A DNA stretch of 63,431 bases, the filler included, from Octopus bimaculoides (lineage: Eukaryota), in NCBI RefSeq assembly GCF_001194135.2. It is 8 parts of 7 records of this genome, joined end to end, with 100 filler letters (N's around TTAATTAATTAA, not from the genome) between each part and the next. Parts side by side here need not be neighbours in the genome. Positions count along the whole stretch, not along the records: positions 27,644 to 39,207 come from NC_068996.1; positions 39,308 to 46,272 come from NC_069000.1; positions 46,373 to 54,852 come from NC_069009.1; 5 more parts are not named here. One strand, given 5' to 3'. Position numbers and translations under genes: made by a program. Of this stretch, positions 37,567 through 49,754 are shown one piece after another. The notes beneath the pieces are model-generated. The model was not told the origin of the DNA, searched no databases, and was given only the letters and a program-made list of their open reading frames with translations. Numbering within the stretch: the first letter of the stretch is position 1; each line of letters begins with the position of its first letter.

Positions 37567-39148
37567 TAATATGAGTCGGTAATCTAGCTATCAATTGAAA
37601 TTAAACTATAGGAAATAGTGCCCTAGTGTACTAATAAGTATATAGTTTGGTATTTCGTTTATAATGTGGAGTGAAGTTAAGTAGTTAGTCGGATTGTTAA
37701 GGGGAGGTAATAAGAGGTTAAGCAGGTCTGCTAACAACCTGTAAAATAGGGATTTGCAATATTTAAAGGATAAGTAGGGTTTAGCGATATTTTGTAAATA
37801 AGAATTTGTCTTTATGCTAACAAGAAATATTTTTCTCATCTTGTTTATTAAGTAGATGTGATTTTGCCATTAAGATGAAGAATTTCTCATTTACACAAAG
37901 ATTACAATGATTATTGTTAATGTTATATGAAGAAGTTTTGACTCAGATATGCCATTCTAAACTATAGTTAATACTATTGTCTTTCATAGTTGCCAAATGT
38001 AACTACTAAGTCTGGTAGAGTTCACTTTACTTCTGTTTCTGAAACGAGAACGATGCAAGTTATATCTAAGTATCATTTCATTTTTAGTTGGTCCAATATA
38101 AGTCTTCTTGTAATTATTTGCAAGTACATCACATTGGTAGATTACATTTTTTAGTTTTACATATATTTGAGAATTCACAATTGTTTTTATCTCTGCAAGC
38201 CACATAGCTTATTGAGCTTATCTGTGCCTATGTTATGTTGAGTGGAGGTTGTTATTTATAAGGTAGTTGCCCACATTATTTGAGGACGAGTTATTAGGGA
38301 TGACGTTTATTACATCAGTCGATTGGTTGTTATGTTATATGTTGCTAGTTTCATAGAAGGCATCTATCTTTTTATTGTTGACAGAAGCAATGATGATTGC
38401 TAGTTAAGCTATGGCCTACTTTAATTTTATTCCTAAAGATTTCTGAGTATTTGTTATTTAAGTACAAGTGCTTATCATCTAAGTTTCATTACCGAATGAA
38501 CTATGTTTTAAGCTGCATCGCAAAGGGGATTATTAACCAGATGTTATCCTTATTTCGTTTATTTTTGATATCATTATTTTTGGTATAGAAACCATCTTCA
38601 GTATTATTGTAGAATGTAAAGTTATAGTTATAATTATTATTCTTCTTTCTATATTTATTTTTATAATTATTACTATCAGTTTTATTGGTGTTGTTTCTAT
38701 ACGGTTTATATATTTTATAGGAATGATGATACCTTGGTATCATGTTAGGAATGATGATACCTTGGTATCATATTTCTTAACAGGGGCTATATTGGTTCTT
38801 AGAGGTGCATTATTTTTATTTATATTTTTATTATTATTCATATTAGTATTCTTAATATTGTTATTTTTCATTTTGTTGGTATTTCTATCTTTATCATTTT
38901 TAATGTTGTTATTTATATCAATCTGAATCTTATCATTCTTCCTACTATTTTTGTTATTACTACTGTTAATCCTAATAGTGTTGTTCATATTCTTGTTGTG
39001 GTTGGTTAGTGTCATTTGGGGTGTAATTCTTGTTATTTTAATAGTTTTAGGTGTTTGTTATTGTGGTTATTTTTATAGTGTTCTGAGTATAGGTATTCAA
39101 TATTTTGCTTATAATCTGCTTTTTCTAATGCGCTGTTGTAGAATTCTT

Positions 39149-39207
<59 letters not shown>

Positions 39208-39307
39208 NNNNNNNNNNNNNNNNNNNNNNNNNNNNNNNNNNNNNNNNNNNNTTAATTAATTAANNNNNNNNNNNNNNNNNNNNNNNNNNNNNNNNNNNNN
39301 NNNNNNN
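39208..39307. other. Artificial scaffold-join spacer
   Basis: 44 N + TTAATTAATTAA (39252-39263) + 44 N. Confidence 0.95.
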
Positions 39308-39400
39308 ACGTTTCGAGCTACGCTCTTCAACTGAAAGGAACACAGAAAGAAATAAGGAGAAAAACAAGGAGAAAAAAAATATAAATGTAGTGGTCAGCGA

Positions 39401-39436
<36 letters not shown>

Positions 39437-40394
39437 CAAATAAAATGTAGTATATGCATATATACGTACATGTATGTACATACCTACATCTACATGTACA
39501 TATAGATTCATACTTGGGTGCAGGACGTCGGAAGAAAACGTGGACAAAATGAGACAGAACATAAACAGAAAGCACAGAAAACACACAGGCCACATAGAGA
39601 ACATTTCCTTCAACAGCTGCCACCATTCTAAAACTAAGCGTTTCGAAGAGTTAGGGCAAATATATATATATATATATATATAAACAGAAAACAAAAGCAT
39701 GTCTGTCTTTTGTTTGTTTTTCTTTTTTTGGTACTTACCAAGCTTGGATTTCTTAAGTTTTCCTTCGTCTCTCAATCTTTCAGCTTGATTATATTCGTTA
39801 ATATTATTGTTATGATTTAATACTTTATGCTTTATACGTGTGTGAGTGTGTCTGTTTCAAACTGTTGTTGTTCTTGGTCGTGGTGATGTCGCCGTGGTTG
39901 TGATGGTGGTGGGGACGTCGTAATCATTGATCCATAATACGATAACATTTGTCCTCGTTGCTGTTTTTTTGCTTATTTATCTTCTTCTTTCAGTAGCAGA
40001 GAACGAAAGACACACGGAAGAAAGATAGAGACAGGGACAGAGAGAGACCACAGAGGAAATAAAAAGAAAGCGACGGCAAGAAAGAGCAAAAATTAAGAAG
40101 AACTTATAAAGAATCCTCTTCGAAAAGTATAAAGATCTCACAGTTGCAGTATTTAACCAGAAGAATGCAGAGCCAACCTGACTGACTGTAGCCGAAAACT
40201 TCAGACCGTTTTGTGTCTTTGAAGCGTAGTTAACTTGTTTAGGTTAATTTGGTTGGTTGGCTGGTCGGTCTGCTGACTGGCTTGTCGGCTGGTTGTTGGC
40301 TGGCTGGCTGGTTTGTTAGTTGGTTCCTTCCTGCCTTCATTTCGTCTTTCATTTTATTTATATCTATTTTATGTCTATTTATATCTATGCTTGC

Positions 40395-40428
<34 letters not shown>

Positions 40429-40559
40429 CGGGTCTGTTTATCTGTTTATTAATTTTAATCTCCTTCTCTTGCCATTTTTACTTTATTTTTTTTCTTTTTT
40501 AATTCCTAATTTCGACCACATCTGGTTACCAGCCTCCACGTTCTCAGCCAGGTGGTCCA

Positions 40560-40640
40560 TCACCACCACCACCACCACCACCACCACTACTACTACCACC
40601 ACCGCCACCACCACCACCACCACCACCATCACCACCACCG

Positions 40641-40674
<34 letters not shown>

Positions 40675-41094
40675 NNNNNNNNNNNNNNNNNNNNNNNNNN
40701 NNNNNNNNNNNNNNNNNNNNNNNNNNNNNNNNNNNNNNNNNNNNNNNNNNNNNNNNNNNNNNNNNNNNNNNNNNNNNNNNNNNNNNNNNNNNNNNNNNNN
40801 NNNNNNNNNNNNNNNNNNNNNNNNNNNNNNNNNNNNNNNNNNNNNNNNNNNNNNNNNNNNNNNNNNNNNNNNNNNNNNNNNNNNNNNNNNNNNNNNNNNN
40901 NNNNNNNNNNNNNNNNNNNNNNNNNNNNNNNNNNNNNNNNNNNNNNNNNNNNNNNNNNNNNNNNNNNNNNNNNNNNNNNNNNNNNNNNNNNNNNNNNNNN
41001 NNNNNNNNNNNNNNNNNNNNNNNNNNNNNNNNNNNNNNNNNNNNNNNNNNCACCACCGCCACCACCACCACCACCACCACCATCACCACCACCG

Positions 41095-41124
<30 letters not shown>
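40560..41124 (+). repeat. (ACC)n/(ACT)n compound microsatellite spanning a gap
   Basis: The same ACC-to-ACT transition is present on both sides of the N run. Confidence 0.85.
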
Positions 41125-41125
<1 letters not shown>

Positions 41126-41204
41126 ATGTGTGGGAGAGTGTGCAAGTGTGTGTGTACGAGTGCGTATGTGTATATATTTATTCATATACTTTTATTTACA
41201 TGTA

Positions 41205-41352
41205 TACTCTTTTACTCTTTCACTCTTTTACTTGTTTCAGTCATTTGACTGCGGCCATGCTGGAGCACCGCCTTTAGTCGAGCAAATCAACTCCAGGACT
41301 TATTCTTTAGAAGCCCAGCACTTATTCTATCGGTCTCTTTTGCCGAACCGCC
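41205..41352 (-). mobile_element. SINE family A, 3' end
   Basis: CTCTTTTACTTGTTTCAGTCATTTGACTGCGGCCATGCTGGAGCACC. Confidence 0.8.
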
Positions 41353-42325
41353 AAAGTATATATATAGTATATATATATTTAGTCATATATATATACTATA
41401 TAGTGAGAATTTACAAAATATATATATACATGTATATATAATATATATATATATACGCGCACACACAGACACACAGACACACACACACATACACACACAC
41501 GTATGTGTGTATCACTTTCGTTGGTTATAATATCTTATGTCCCACGTTCATTTTATAGTATATCATCTCACCTCGCAGCCAATCTCGTCTTCGTTCGTTC
41601 GTTCGTTCGTTCGTTCGTTCGTTCGTTCGTCAGGCACAGAATCTCTTTTCCTACACCCGCCGACCTCTACCCTTCCACCACTCAGCTCGTTCTCTGTCGA
41701 CATCTTCGCGCAATCACACACACTATCATCATCTCNNNNNNNNNNNNNNNNNNNNNNNNNNNNNNNNNNNNNNNNNNNNNNNNNNNNNNNNNNNNNNNNN
41801 NNNNNNNNNNNNNNNNNNNNNNNNNNNNNNNNNNNNNNNNNNNNNNNNNNNNNNNNNNNNNNNNNNNNNNNNNNNNNNNNNNNNNNNNNNNNNNNNNNNN
41901 NNNNNNNNNNNNNNNNNNNNNNNNNNNNNNNNNNNNNNNNNNNNNNNNNNNNNNNNNNNNNNNNNNNNNNNNNNNNNNNNNNNNNNNNNNNNNNNNNNNN
42001 NNNNNNNNNNNNNNNNNNNNNNNNNNNNNNNNNNNNNNNNNNNNNNNNNNNNNNNNNNNNNNNNNNNNNNNNNNNNNNNNNNNNNNNNNNNNNNNNNNNN
42101 NNNNNNNNNNNNNNNNNNNNNNNNNNNNNNNNNNNNNNNNNNNNNNNNNNNNNNNNNNNNNNNNNNNNNNNNNNNNNNNNNNNNNNNNNNNNNNNNNNNN
42201 NNNNNNNNNNNNNNNNNNNNNNNNNNNNNNNNNNNNNNNNNNNNNNNNNNNNNNNNNNNNNNNNNNNNNNNNNNNNNNNNNNNNNNNNNNNNNNNNNNNN
42301 NNNNNNNNNNNNNNNNNNNNNNNNN

Positions 42326-42646
42326 CAAATCGACCCCCAGAGCTTATTCTTTGTAAGCCTAGTACTTTTTCTATCAGTCTCTTTTACCGAGCCGCTAAGT
42401 TACGGGGACGCAAACACACCAGCATCGGTTGTCAAGCGATGCTGGGGGGGGACACAAACAGACACACAAACATATACATATACGACGGGCTTCTTCCAGT
42501 TTCCGTCTACCAAATCCACTCACAAGGCTTTGGTCGGCCCGAGGCTATAGTAGAAGACACTTGTCCAAAGTGCCACGCAGTGGGACTGAACCCGGGCCCA
42601 TGTGGTTGGTAAGCAAGGTACTTACCACACTGCTACTCCTGCGCCT
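42326..42646 (-). mobile_element. SINE family A (3' end cut by gap)
   Basis: Reverse complement colinear with the reference copy. Confidence 0.85.
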
Positions 42647-42804
42647 AAAACAAAAAGTGAAGGTAATTTTTCGTCAAATGTACCATTCAGAAACTCCCGC
42701 GGGCCGCACTGCTAGCAAAAGTGAAGGTAATTTTTTATGAGACATGCAATTCAGAAACTACCACGGGCCGCAGGTTACTCTTGACTGATTATAAATAATT
42801 TTCT

Positions 42805-42978
42805 ACTATAAGCCTGAAATTTCGGGGAAGGAGGCCAACCGATTGAATCGATCCCACTGTTCATTTGGTCCTTTTTTCATCGACCCCGAAAGGATGAAAG
42901 ATAAACTCGACCTTGGCGGCATTTGAACTCAGAATGTAAAGAGCCGAAACAAATGCCGCTGAGCGTTTTGTTCCGCAC
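42805..42978 (-). mobile_element. SINE family B
   Basis: ATCGACCCCGAAAGGATGAAAG...TTTGAACTCAGAA. Confidence 0.8.
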
Positions 42979-43822
42979 GGAGTTGTCATTGTTTGTCCTG
43001 GACAAACAGTAGCACCTCTATGTGATCTTCTAACCTGCTAGAAAAAATAGCTAAATCTTCCATAAATTACATCCTTCCACCTTAGAAAGGGTACATTGGA
43101 TAATATAGTCCTAGCTTACTTATTCGCACGGAGGAAAAAGGTAGGATGGCCGTAGCTGGAATGTCTTTGATCATAAAATCACTTGATGAAGGCTGACTCA
43201 CGGCTAACCAACAACAACTACCCCAGCTCTAGAAACAGACAAACACTAAGAATTTATGTTGTATGGTATTTGACATACCTGTATTTGTCTGCGTTATTCA
43301 AATACAAGTCATTGATCACTTTTAATTATTTTTCTTCTCCCACTTTTGTTTAAATACTTCAAAAACACCTCTTCTACCGTTACGAATAACATCTACTATA
43401 AATTATCTTTAACTAGACTCCTCCACTTTTGCCCATACCACGCACGCACGCACACGCACATACATACACATACACGTACATACATGCATACACACACACA
43501 TACATGCATACATACATACCTACATACATACATACATACATACATACATACATACATAATTAGTCAGAACCAGAAGCACACACGAACTCCCACACTCACA
43601 CAGGTTTCGCACAGGCACGGTTACACACAGACACACGCACAGTGAATGATATCACCAGTCATGTTAACTGCTGGCAGTGTGCCAGAAGGTGAAGATTTCT
43701 TGCTTTTGTCTTGGCACCAGTCTTTATTTACTAAACACTAAAACTCAGCCAACTAACCAATATATCAACAATATAACTGAGCGGCGGTGGGAACAGAGTA
43801 GCGTAGCGTTCTGCATATTCAC

Positions 43823-45070
43823 TACGAGGGCTGTACGGGAATGCAAAAGCGGACGTAACTTTTATATTACTTGATATAAATTGTTCTAAGTTGCACGTAT
43901 TGGTAGATTAACACGTTTTCTTGTTCTTCTTTATGGCAGGCAAATAATGTTTTTTAAGTAGAAGTAACGTTGAGTTCTTGAAGTAAGGGTGGAGGTTTTC
44001 TGGCACCCACAAAAGGTTATATGTTCTTTACAAAGACGACAACCTTAACAGATGTGTGGAGAAGTTTGAAGAAAGGGAGACTAATGTTAAAAACAAGCCG
44101 CTCGGTGAAAGACCAACAGTTGCGACCACCGATACGAATCGACAGCGGGTGAACGAATTGGTTCGCGCCGATTGACGAATCACATTCTGTTAGCTTGCTG
44201 TACAACTGGACTGTAATCGTAGTGCAGATGGAACAAGACTTTGGGTATCGCAGTTGTCACCCGATTTGAAACAGAAAATGATGGAAGATTGCTTTAATCT
44301 GCAAGAAGCGCTTGAAGCCAATGAAAAAGTTTTTTTTTCTTTTTTTTTTCCTTTCCCCCAAGTTGGTGAAAGTGGANNNNNNNNNNNNNNNNNNNNNNNN
44401 NNNNNNNNNNNNNNNNNNNNNNNNNNNNNNNNNNNNNNNNNNNNNNNNNNNNNNNNNNNNNNNNNNNNNNNNNNNNNNNNNNNNNNNNNNNNNNNNNNNN
44501 NNNNNNNNNNNNNNNNNNNNNNNNNNNNNNNNNNNNNNNNNNNNNNNNNNNNNNNNNNNNNNNNNNNNNNNNNNNNNNNNNNNNNNNNNNNNNNNNNNNN
44601 NNNNNNNNNNNNNNNNNNNNNNNNNNNGTGTGTGTGTGTGTGTGTGTGTGTGTGTGGCGGAGTATGACAAGGATGTCATTATCCTTCGTTTTTCTTGAAC
44701 GTAATGGGCCATGACCATCGAGCTGTACATTGAGACACTAGGAAATCTTAGAGAAGCCATAAAGAGGACGGGACCGAATAAGAATCTGAAAGCGGTTTGC
44801 CTTCACCAAAGCAGTACATGATCATATCTATCTTTGGCAACAAACCAGGCAATTAGCCAACTGGGCTCTGACTTCCACCTGTTGGATCCAAGGAAGGATA
44901 GCCTTCAGGAACAACGATTTGGTGACATAACGGAGGTAAAAGGGACTGTGAAAACATGGCTACAACTGTGCACATGGGAATATTTTCAAAGAGGATTCAA
45001 TAGTTGGGTTCAAAGTGACGCAAGTGCAGTTCTTTTGATGGAGACTCTGATGTTGAATGGTTCCTTTGTA
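43823..45070 (+). mobile_element. Decayed mariner-type transposon (gap inside)
   Basis: Starts TACGAGGGCTG; nucleotide sequence at about 44060-44175 gives frameshifted, mariner HTH-like KF.EG.TNVKNKP.SG.RPT and TDTNRQRVNELVRAD; LYIETL.NLREAIK; ATNQAISQLG; LQEQRFGDITEVKGTVKTWL...FQRGF. Confidence 0.75.
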
Positions 45071-46218
45071 CAGGGCAGTCATGAACAAACTGCAGTCCAC
45101 GGGCCGCATGCGGCCCATTTTGGATATCTACAGAGTACGCCTGATTTCGTGAGGAAATTAACGTTTATCAAATTTTTGCTTCGTTTCATTTCCACCTGTC
45201 CACTCACACCCTCTCTCAGTAAAAGTGTCACCGCAAAATAACTATTACTTATATGCCCAACAAACCTCCCTTAGTTAATAATGCTTGTTGCGTTGTGGGT
45301 ACACCAATGAGAAAAATAAAAAAATATTTACCATTGTCAGTCACCCGTGTAATTTTCATCGTATCTCAGAGCCAATTTGCAGCCATCCAAACATTCAAGA
45401 GCTTTTGACATATCTACACAGATTTTTACATCAACGAATGAAAATATTGATTTAACGTTCAGTTTATGTTTACACCGTTTATAACGAGTTTTTGCGATAA
45501 TTCAGCGAATGTAACTGCCGTGTGCGTATCGCATGGCGAAGCTTAACATACTTATACTTTGGAAATAAACTTTTATCATTCCTGCATGACGATGTTACGC
45601 AATACTCAAGTGTGGTTATAGTCGCTGAATTATCTCATCAAGTCGCTCTAAGCGGTAGAAATAGAAAATGAACTAATCTTTGGAGCTATAATAGAAGCTA
45701 CGTGGTTGCAAAGCGAGCTTCTTTACAACCACCCCCACCTTCACCCCCAGCGATGCCTGTATATGCACATGCCTGCGCACGTGTATATGCAGAAACACAA
45801 TAGAGAAAATTTGAAGAGAGAGAGAGAGATAGCGAGGGAGGGAGGTAGGGAGGGAAGGAGAGAGTCATGGATATAATGAAAACTGAAAAAAAAATGAGGC
45901 TAACAAGACAGTAGAATGTAAATAAAGTCAACAGTCAGAAAGAAGCAAAACTGAATGGAAATTAGGGGAAACTGCGCAAAGGCCAAAGTGAATAGACGTG
46001 TCAAAAGCAGACGTAGACAGGTCTTATTGTATGTGTGTGTGTGTGTGTGTGTATGCTATTGTCTCATTCGCAGATGTATGTGCGTGTGCATATGTATGTG
46101 TGCGCGCGTGTCTTTGTCTATGTTAATCAGCATGTGTGTAGGTGTTTGTTGATGTATATGTTGTTGACGCATGAAGGTGTATTCGTACAGAACGTGCTTA
46201 CGCAAACACTTACACACA

Positions 46219-46272
<54 letters not shown>

Positions 46273-46372
46273 NNNNNNNNNNNNNNNNNNNNNNNNNNNN
46301 NNNNNNNNNNNNNNNNTTAATTAATTAANNNNNNNNNNNNNNNNNNNNNNNNNNNNNNNNNNNNNNNNNNNN
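46273..46372. other. Artificial scaffold-join spacer
   Basis: 44 N + TTAATTAATTAA (46317-46328) + 44 N. Confidence 0.95.
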
Positions 46373-46489
46373 TATATATATATATATATATATATATGTG
46401 AACTCCCTGCTCACCCACCCTAACCACTTCGGTCCCACCATCCATGCTTCTATGATGTCGCAAGAGTAGAAAGTGGGTCATGAACTTAC

Positions 46490-46669
46490 CTAACATCTTC
46501 GGAATGTCCCCTTCCAGCAAGAACAACTGTGGCACGGGGACAGTAAGGATTACAGCGTCAAAGGTGTCCTGATGACCCGATTCGGTGGAGACAACAAGTT
46601 GGTCAGTGGTGGTCGCAGGATGCTTCGTGATGCTGACCACACGGCTTTCGAATTTCACATCGACCGGAG
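46490..46669 (-). CDS. RNLS: Renalase, exon 4 equivalent
   Basis: (A)PVDVKFESRVVSITKHPATTTDQLVVSTESGHQDTFDAVILTVPVPQLFLLEGDIPKML, similar to human ...[20 protein letters not shown]; acceptor TTTTGCTTTCCAG, donor AG|GTAAGT; phase 1-1. Confidence 0.92.
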
Positions 46670-46819
46670 CTGGAAAGCAAAACGATACAATAAACGGATG
46701 GATGGATGGATGGATGGACAGGTGGAAATGTTAGTTTCAAATTTTGGCACGAGGCCAGCAAGTTTATTACATCTGGTGGGTGAAGCAAGTAAAAAATAAA
46801 AGAGAAAAGAAAAGAGATA

Positions 46820-46936
46820 AGTAGCTTGCTTCCCCAACCACATGGCTTTGGATTCAGTCCCACTGCATGGCACATTATAGCTTGGCCTGATCAAAGCTTT
46901 GTGAGTAGATTTGGTAGATGGAAACTGAAAGAAGCC
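46820..46936 (+). mobile_element. SINE family A head, fused to RTE 3' UTR
   Basis: GTAGCTTGCTTCCCCAACCACATGG...GGAAACTGAAAGAAGCC. Confidence 0.75.
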
Positions 46937-47260
46937 TAGCACTTGTGCTGGTGGCATGTTAGAAAATCATTTGAGTGAGGTCGTTGCCAGTGCCGCTGGA
47001 CAGGCTCCTGTGCAGGTGGCACGTAAAAAACACCTTTTGAGTATACTGTGTGATTGGCCCTTGTGCCAGTGGCATGTAAAAGCACCCACTACACTCTCGG
47101 AGTGGTTGGCGTTAGGAAGGGCATCCAGCTGTAGAAACTCTTCCAGATCAGATTGGAGCCTGGTGTAGCCATCTGGTTGCACCAGTCCTCGGCCAAATCG
47201 TCCAACCCATGCTAGCATGGAAAGCGGACGTTAAACGATGATGATGATGATGATGATGAT
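46937..47260 (+). mobile_element. RTE 3' UTR with (GAT)n tail
   Basis: Tandem units, GGAAGGGCATCCAGCTGTAGAAAC, CGGACGTTAAAC(GAT)8. Confidence 0.85.
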
Positions 47261-47269
47261 ACATGTGTT

Positions 47270-47525
47270 GGACGCTCTTTGCTGAACTGCTAAGTCATGG
47301 GGACATAAATACAGCAGCACTGGTTATGAGACAGCGGTGGGGACAAACACACACACACACACACACACACACAACAGGCTTTTTTCAGTTTCCATTTACC
47401 AAATTCACTCACAAGGCTTTGATCAACCCTAGGCCAGTGTAGAAGTTACTTGCCCAAAGTGCCACACATCGAGACTGAACCCGGAACCGTGTGGGCAGGA
47501 AGCAAACATCTTACCGCACAGCCAT
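47270..47525 (-). mobile_element. SINE family A, partial
   Basis: Reverse complement matches the head and mid-body; ends about 20 bp from the RNLS exon donor. Confidence 0.8.
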
Positions 47526-47544
47526 ATAAGGTAATCTCACAAAC

Positions 47545-47690
47545 CTGCACTAGATAGAAAATGCTTAACAAGGGCTGAAAACCCCTTGGGGCAAACAAAA
47601 TTCTGTAAGCTGTGTCCTGCAGGGCTTTCTCCTTCAATGAGGCCTTTAAAGGGCTGCAATAGTCCAGTAGAAAACAGCTCATTGTAGATT
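47545..47690 (-). CDS. RNLS: Renalase, exon 3 equivalent
   Basis: IYNELFSTGLLQPFKGLIEGESPAGHSLQNFVCPKGFSALVKHFLSSA, similar to human [20 protein letters not shown]...NFVAPQGISSIIKHYLKES; acceptor CTCTCTTCTTGCAG, donor CAG|GTTTGT; phase 2-1, joins exon 4 in frame. Confidence 0.92.
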
Positions 47691-48170
47691 CTGCAAGAAG
47701 AGAGAAAAAAATAATATAAGCGTGTGACCCCTAGAATCTTCTGAACATGAGAGATATTTGCTTTTTAAACTTGCTGAATCTAGAGAGAGGGGCAGTGCCT
47801 GAGGGTTTTGTAGAATCTTTAAGACCAATGAGAAGGGTACAACATTCAATGAAAAACTCCATGATGAACAAGGGCACGAACTAGCATGAGTGGTGGGTAC
47901 TTTGGACACTCTATCACAGTGGTTCCTAAACTTTTTAGACACGCGACCCACTATTTATGACACCAGTTTATGGCGACCCACTTAACTCTACCGTTTATCA
48001 GATAGACTCTATTGATCCATCTACCATCTAGCTGCTGTCTATTCCAATCATTTCATTGGCTAATTAATAGCCTCCTGGTGATCACTCCGATACTTTTTTG
48101 AATAATTTATAAACTTATTAGTGAAATCCATACTGTCTTATTAATTTTAATTTTTTACTATTTATAAAAT

Positions 48171-48305
48171 GGTACCGTGGACAAGTGTCTTCTACTATAG
48201 CCTCGGGCCGACCAAAGCCTTGTGAGTGGATTTGTTAGACGGAAACTGAAAGAAGCCCGTCGTATATATGTATATGTATATATATATATATGTGTGTTGT
48301 TTGTG
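48171..48305 (+). mobile_element. SINE family A fragment (runs into gap)
   Basis: GGTACCGTGGACAAGTGTCTTCTACTATAGCC. Confidence 0.8.
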
Positions 48306-49023
48306 NNNNNNNNNNNNNNNNNNNNNNNNNNNNNNNNNNNNNNNNNNNNNNNNNNNNNNNNNNNNNNNNNNNNNNNNNNNNNNNNNNNNNNNNNNNNNNN
48401 NNNNNNNNNNNNNNNNNNNNNNNNNNNNNNNNNNNNNNNNNNNNNNNNNNNNNNNNNNNNNNNNNNNNNNNNNNNNNNNNNNNNNNNNNNNNNNNNNNNN
48501 NNNNNNNNNNNNNNNNNNNNNNNNNNNNNNNNNNNNNNNNNNNNNNNNNNNNNNNNNNNNNNNNNNNNNNNNNNNNNNNNNNNNNNNNNNNNNNNNNNNN
48601 NNNNNNNNNNNNNNNNNNNNNNNNNNNNNNNNNNNNNNNNNNNNNNNNNNNNNNNNNNNNNNNNNNNNNNNNNNNNNNNNNNNNNNNNNNNNNNNNNNNN
48701 NNNNNNNNNNNNNNNNNNNNNNNNNNNNNNNNNNNNNNNNNNNNNNNNNNNNNNNNNNNNNNNNNNNNNNNNNNNNNNNNNNNNNNNNNNNNNNNNNNNN
48801 NNNNNNNNNNNNNNNNNNNNNNNNNNNNNNNNNNNNNNNNNNNNNNNNNNNNNNNNNNNNNNNNNNNNNNNNNNNNNNNNNNNNNNNGCCAAGAGGGAAA
48901 CACAAAAATGTGATGAAAATAATAGTTTTTGAATAAATATACTGTTTTTGAAAGAATGTTGGAATTTCAATTGTTTCAATTTCCATTCCCAATGAACAAA
49001 AAAATGAGGAAAATTGCCAGGAG

Positions 49024-49446
49024 GCAGGAGTGGCTGTGTGGTAAGTAGTGTGCTTACCAACCACATGGTTCCAGGTTCATTCCTACTGCGTGGTACCGTG
49101 GACAAGTGTCTTCTACTATAGCCTCAGGCTGACCAAAGCCTTGTGAGTTGATTTGGTGGACGGAAACTGAAAAAGGCCTGTCGTATATATGTATATGTAT
49201 ATATATATGTGTGTGTGTTTGTGTGTCTGTGTTTGTCTCCTCCCCCCACCCCACCCAACATCGCTTGAAAACCGATGCTGGTGTGTTTACGTCCCCGTAA
49301 CTTAGCGGTTCGGCAAAAGAGACCGATAGAATAAGTACTAGGCTTACAAAGAATAAGTCCTGGGGTCGATTTGCTCGACTAAAAGCGGTGCTCCAGCATG
49401 GCCACAGTCAAATGACTGAAACAAGTAAAAGAGTAAAAGAGTAAAG
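49024..49446 (+). mobile_element. SINE family A, full length
   Basis: Colinear with the reference copy; (AAGAGTAA)n tail. Confidence 0.9.
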
Positions 49447-49564
49447 AGGAGTGAAGCAAAAATGTGAGGAAAAAATTAGGGATCTCCTTTGTTTGGCTGC
49501 ACCGGTAGAAATTTCAAACTTTAGGGAAAATTTTAAAATTTGATGTATTGATGTAATTTTCTAC

Positions 49565-49705
49565 CAGTAACTTAACGGTTCGGTAAAAGAAACCGATACA
49601 ATAAGTACCAGGCTTTAAAAAGAAACAAAAAAACAAAAAAACAAGGGCTGGGGTTGATTTGTTCAATTAAACTCTTCAAGGTGATGCTCCAGCATGGCCA
49701 TGGTG
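49565..49705 (+). mobile_element. SINE family A-like 3' fragment
   Basis: GTAACTTAACGGTTCGG...GCTCCAGCATGGCC. Confidence 0.65.
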
Positions 49706-49754
49706 CAATGAGAGAAGCAATTAAGAGATATATTCCCTTACTGGAAAGGATGCT

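Larger units (their letters stand above)
36660..39135 (-). mobile_element. Decayed Penelope-like retroelement 3' part (RT thumb end, Asn-rich linker, GIY-YIG, 3' flank), interrupted by a SINE A
   Basis: FYNSALEKADYKQNIEY; NIWLIIPF (IIWFNPP-like); KYSEIFRNKIKV; ACRDKNNC; NVIYQC...TYIGPT...RYNLH...NSTRLSSYIWQL; CNLCVNEK...LLNK...SC*H. Confidence 0.8.

Noticed and set aside
39308-46272. Search for RNLS exons 5-7 in the adjacent segment and further left
   Set aside because: No YSSRY, KWR.SQ or GD.F-type peptides found by eye; these segments are separated by artificial joins.
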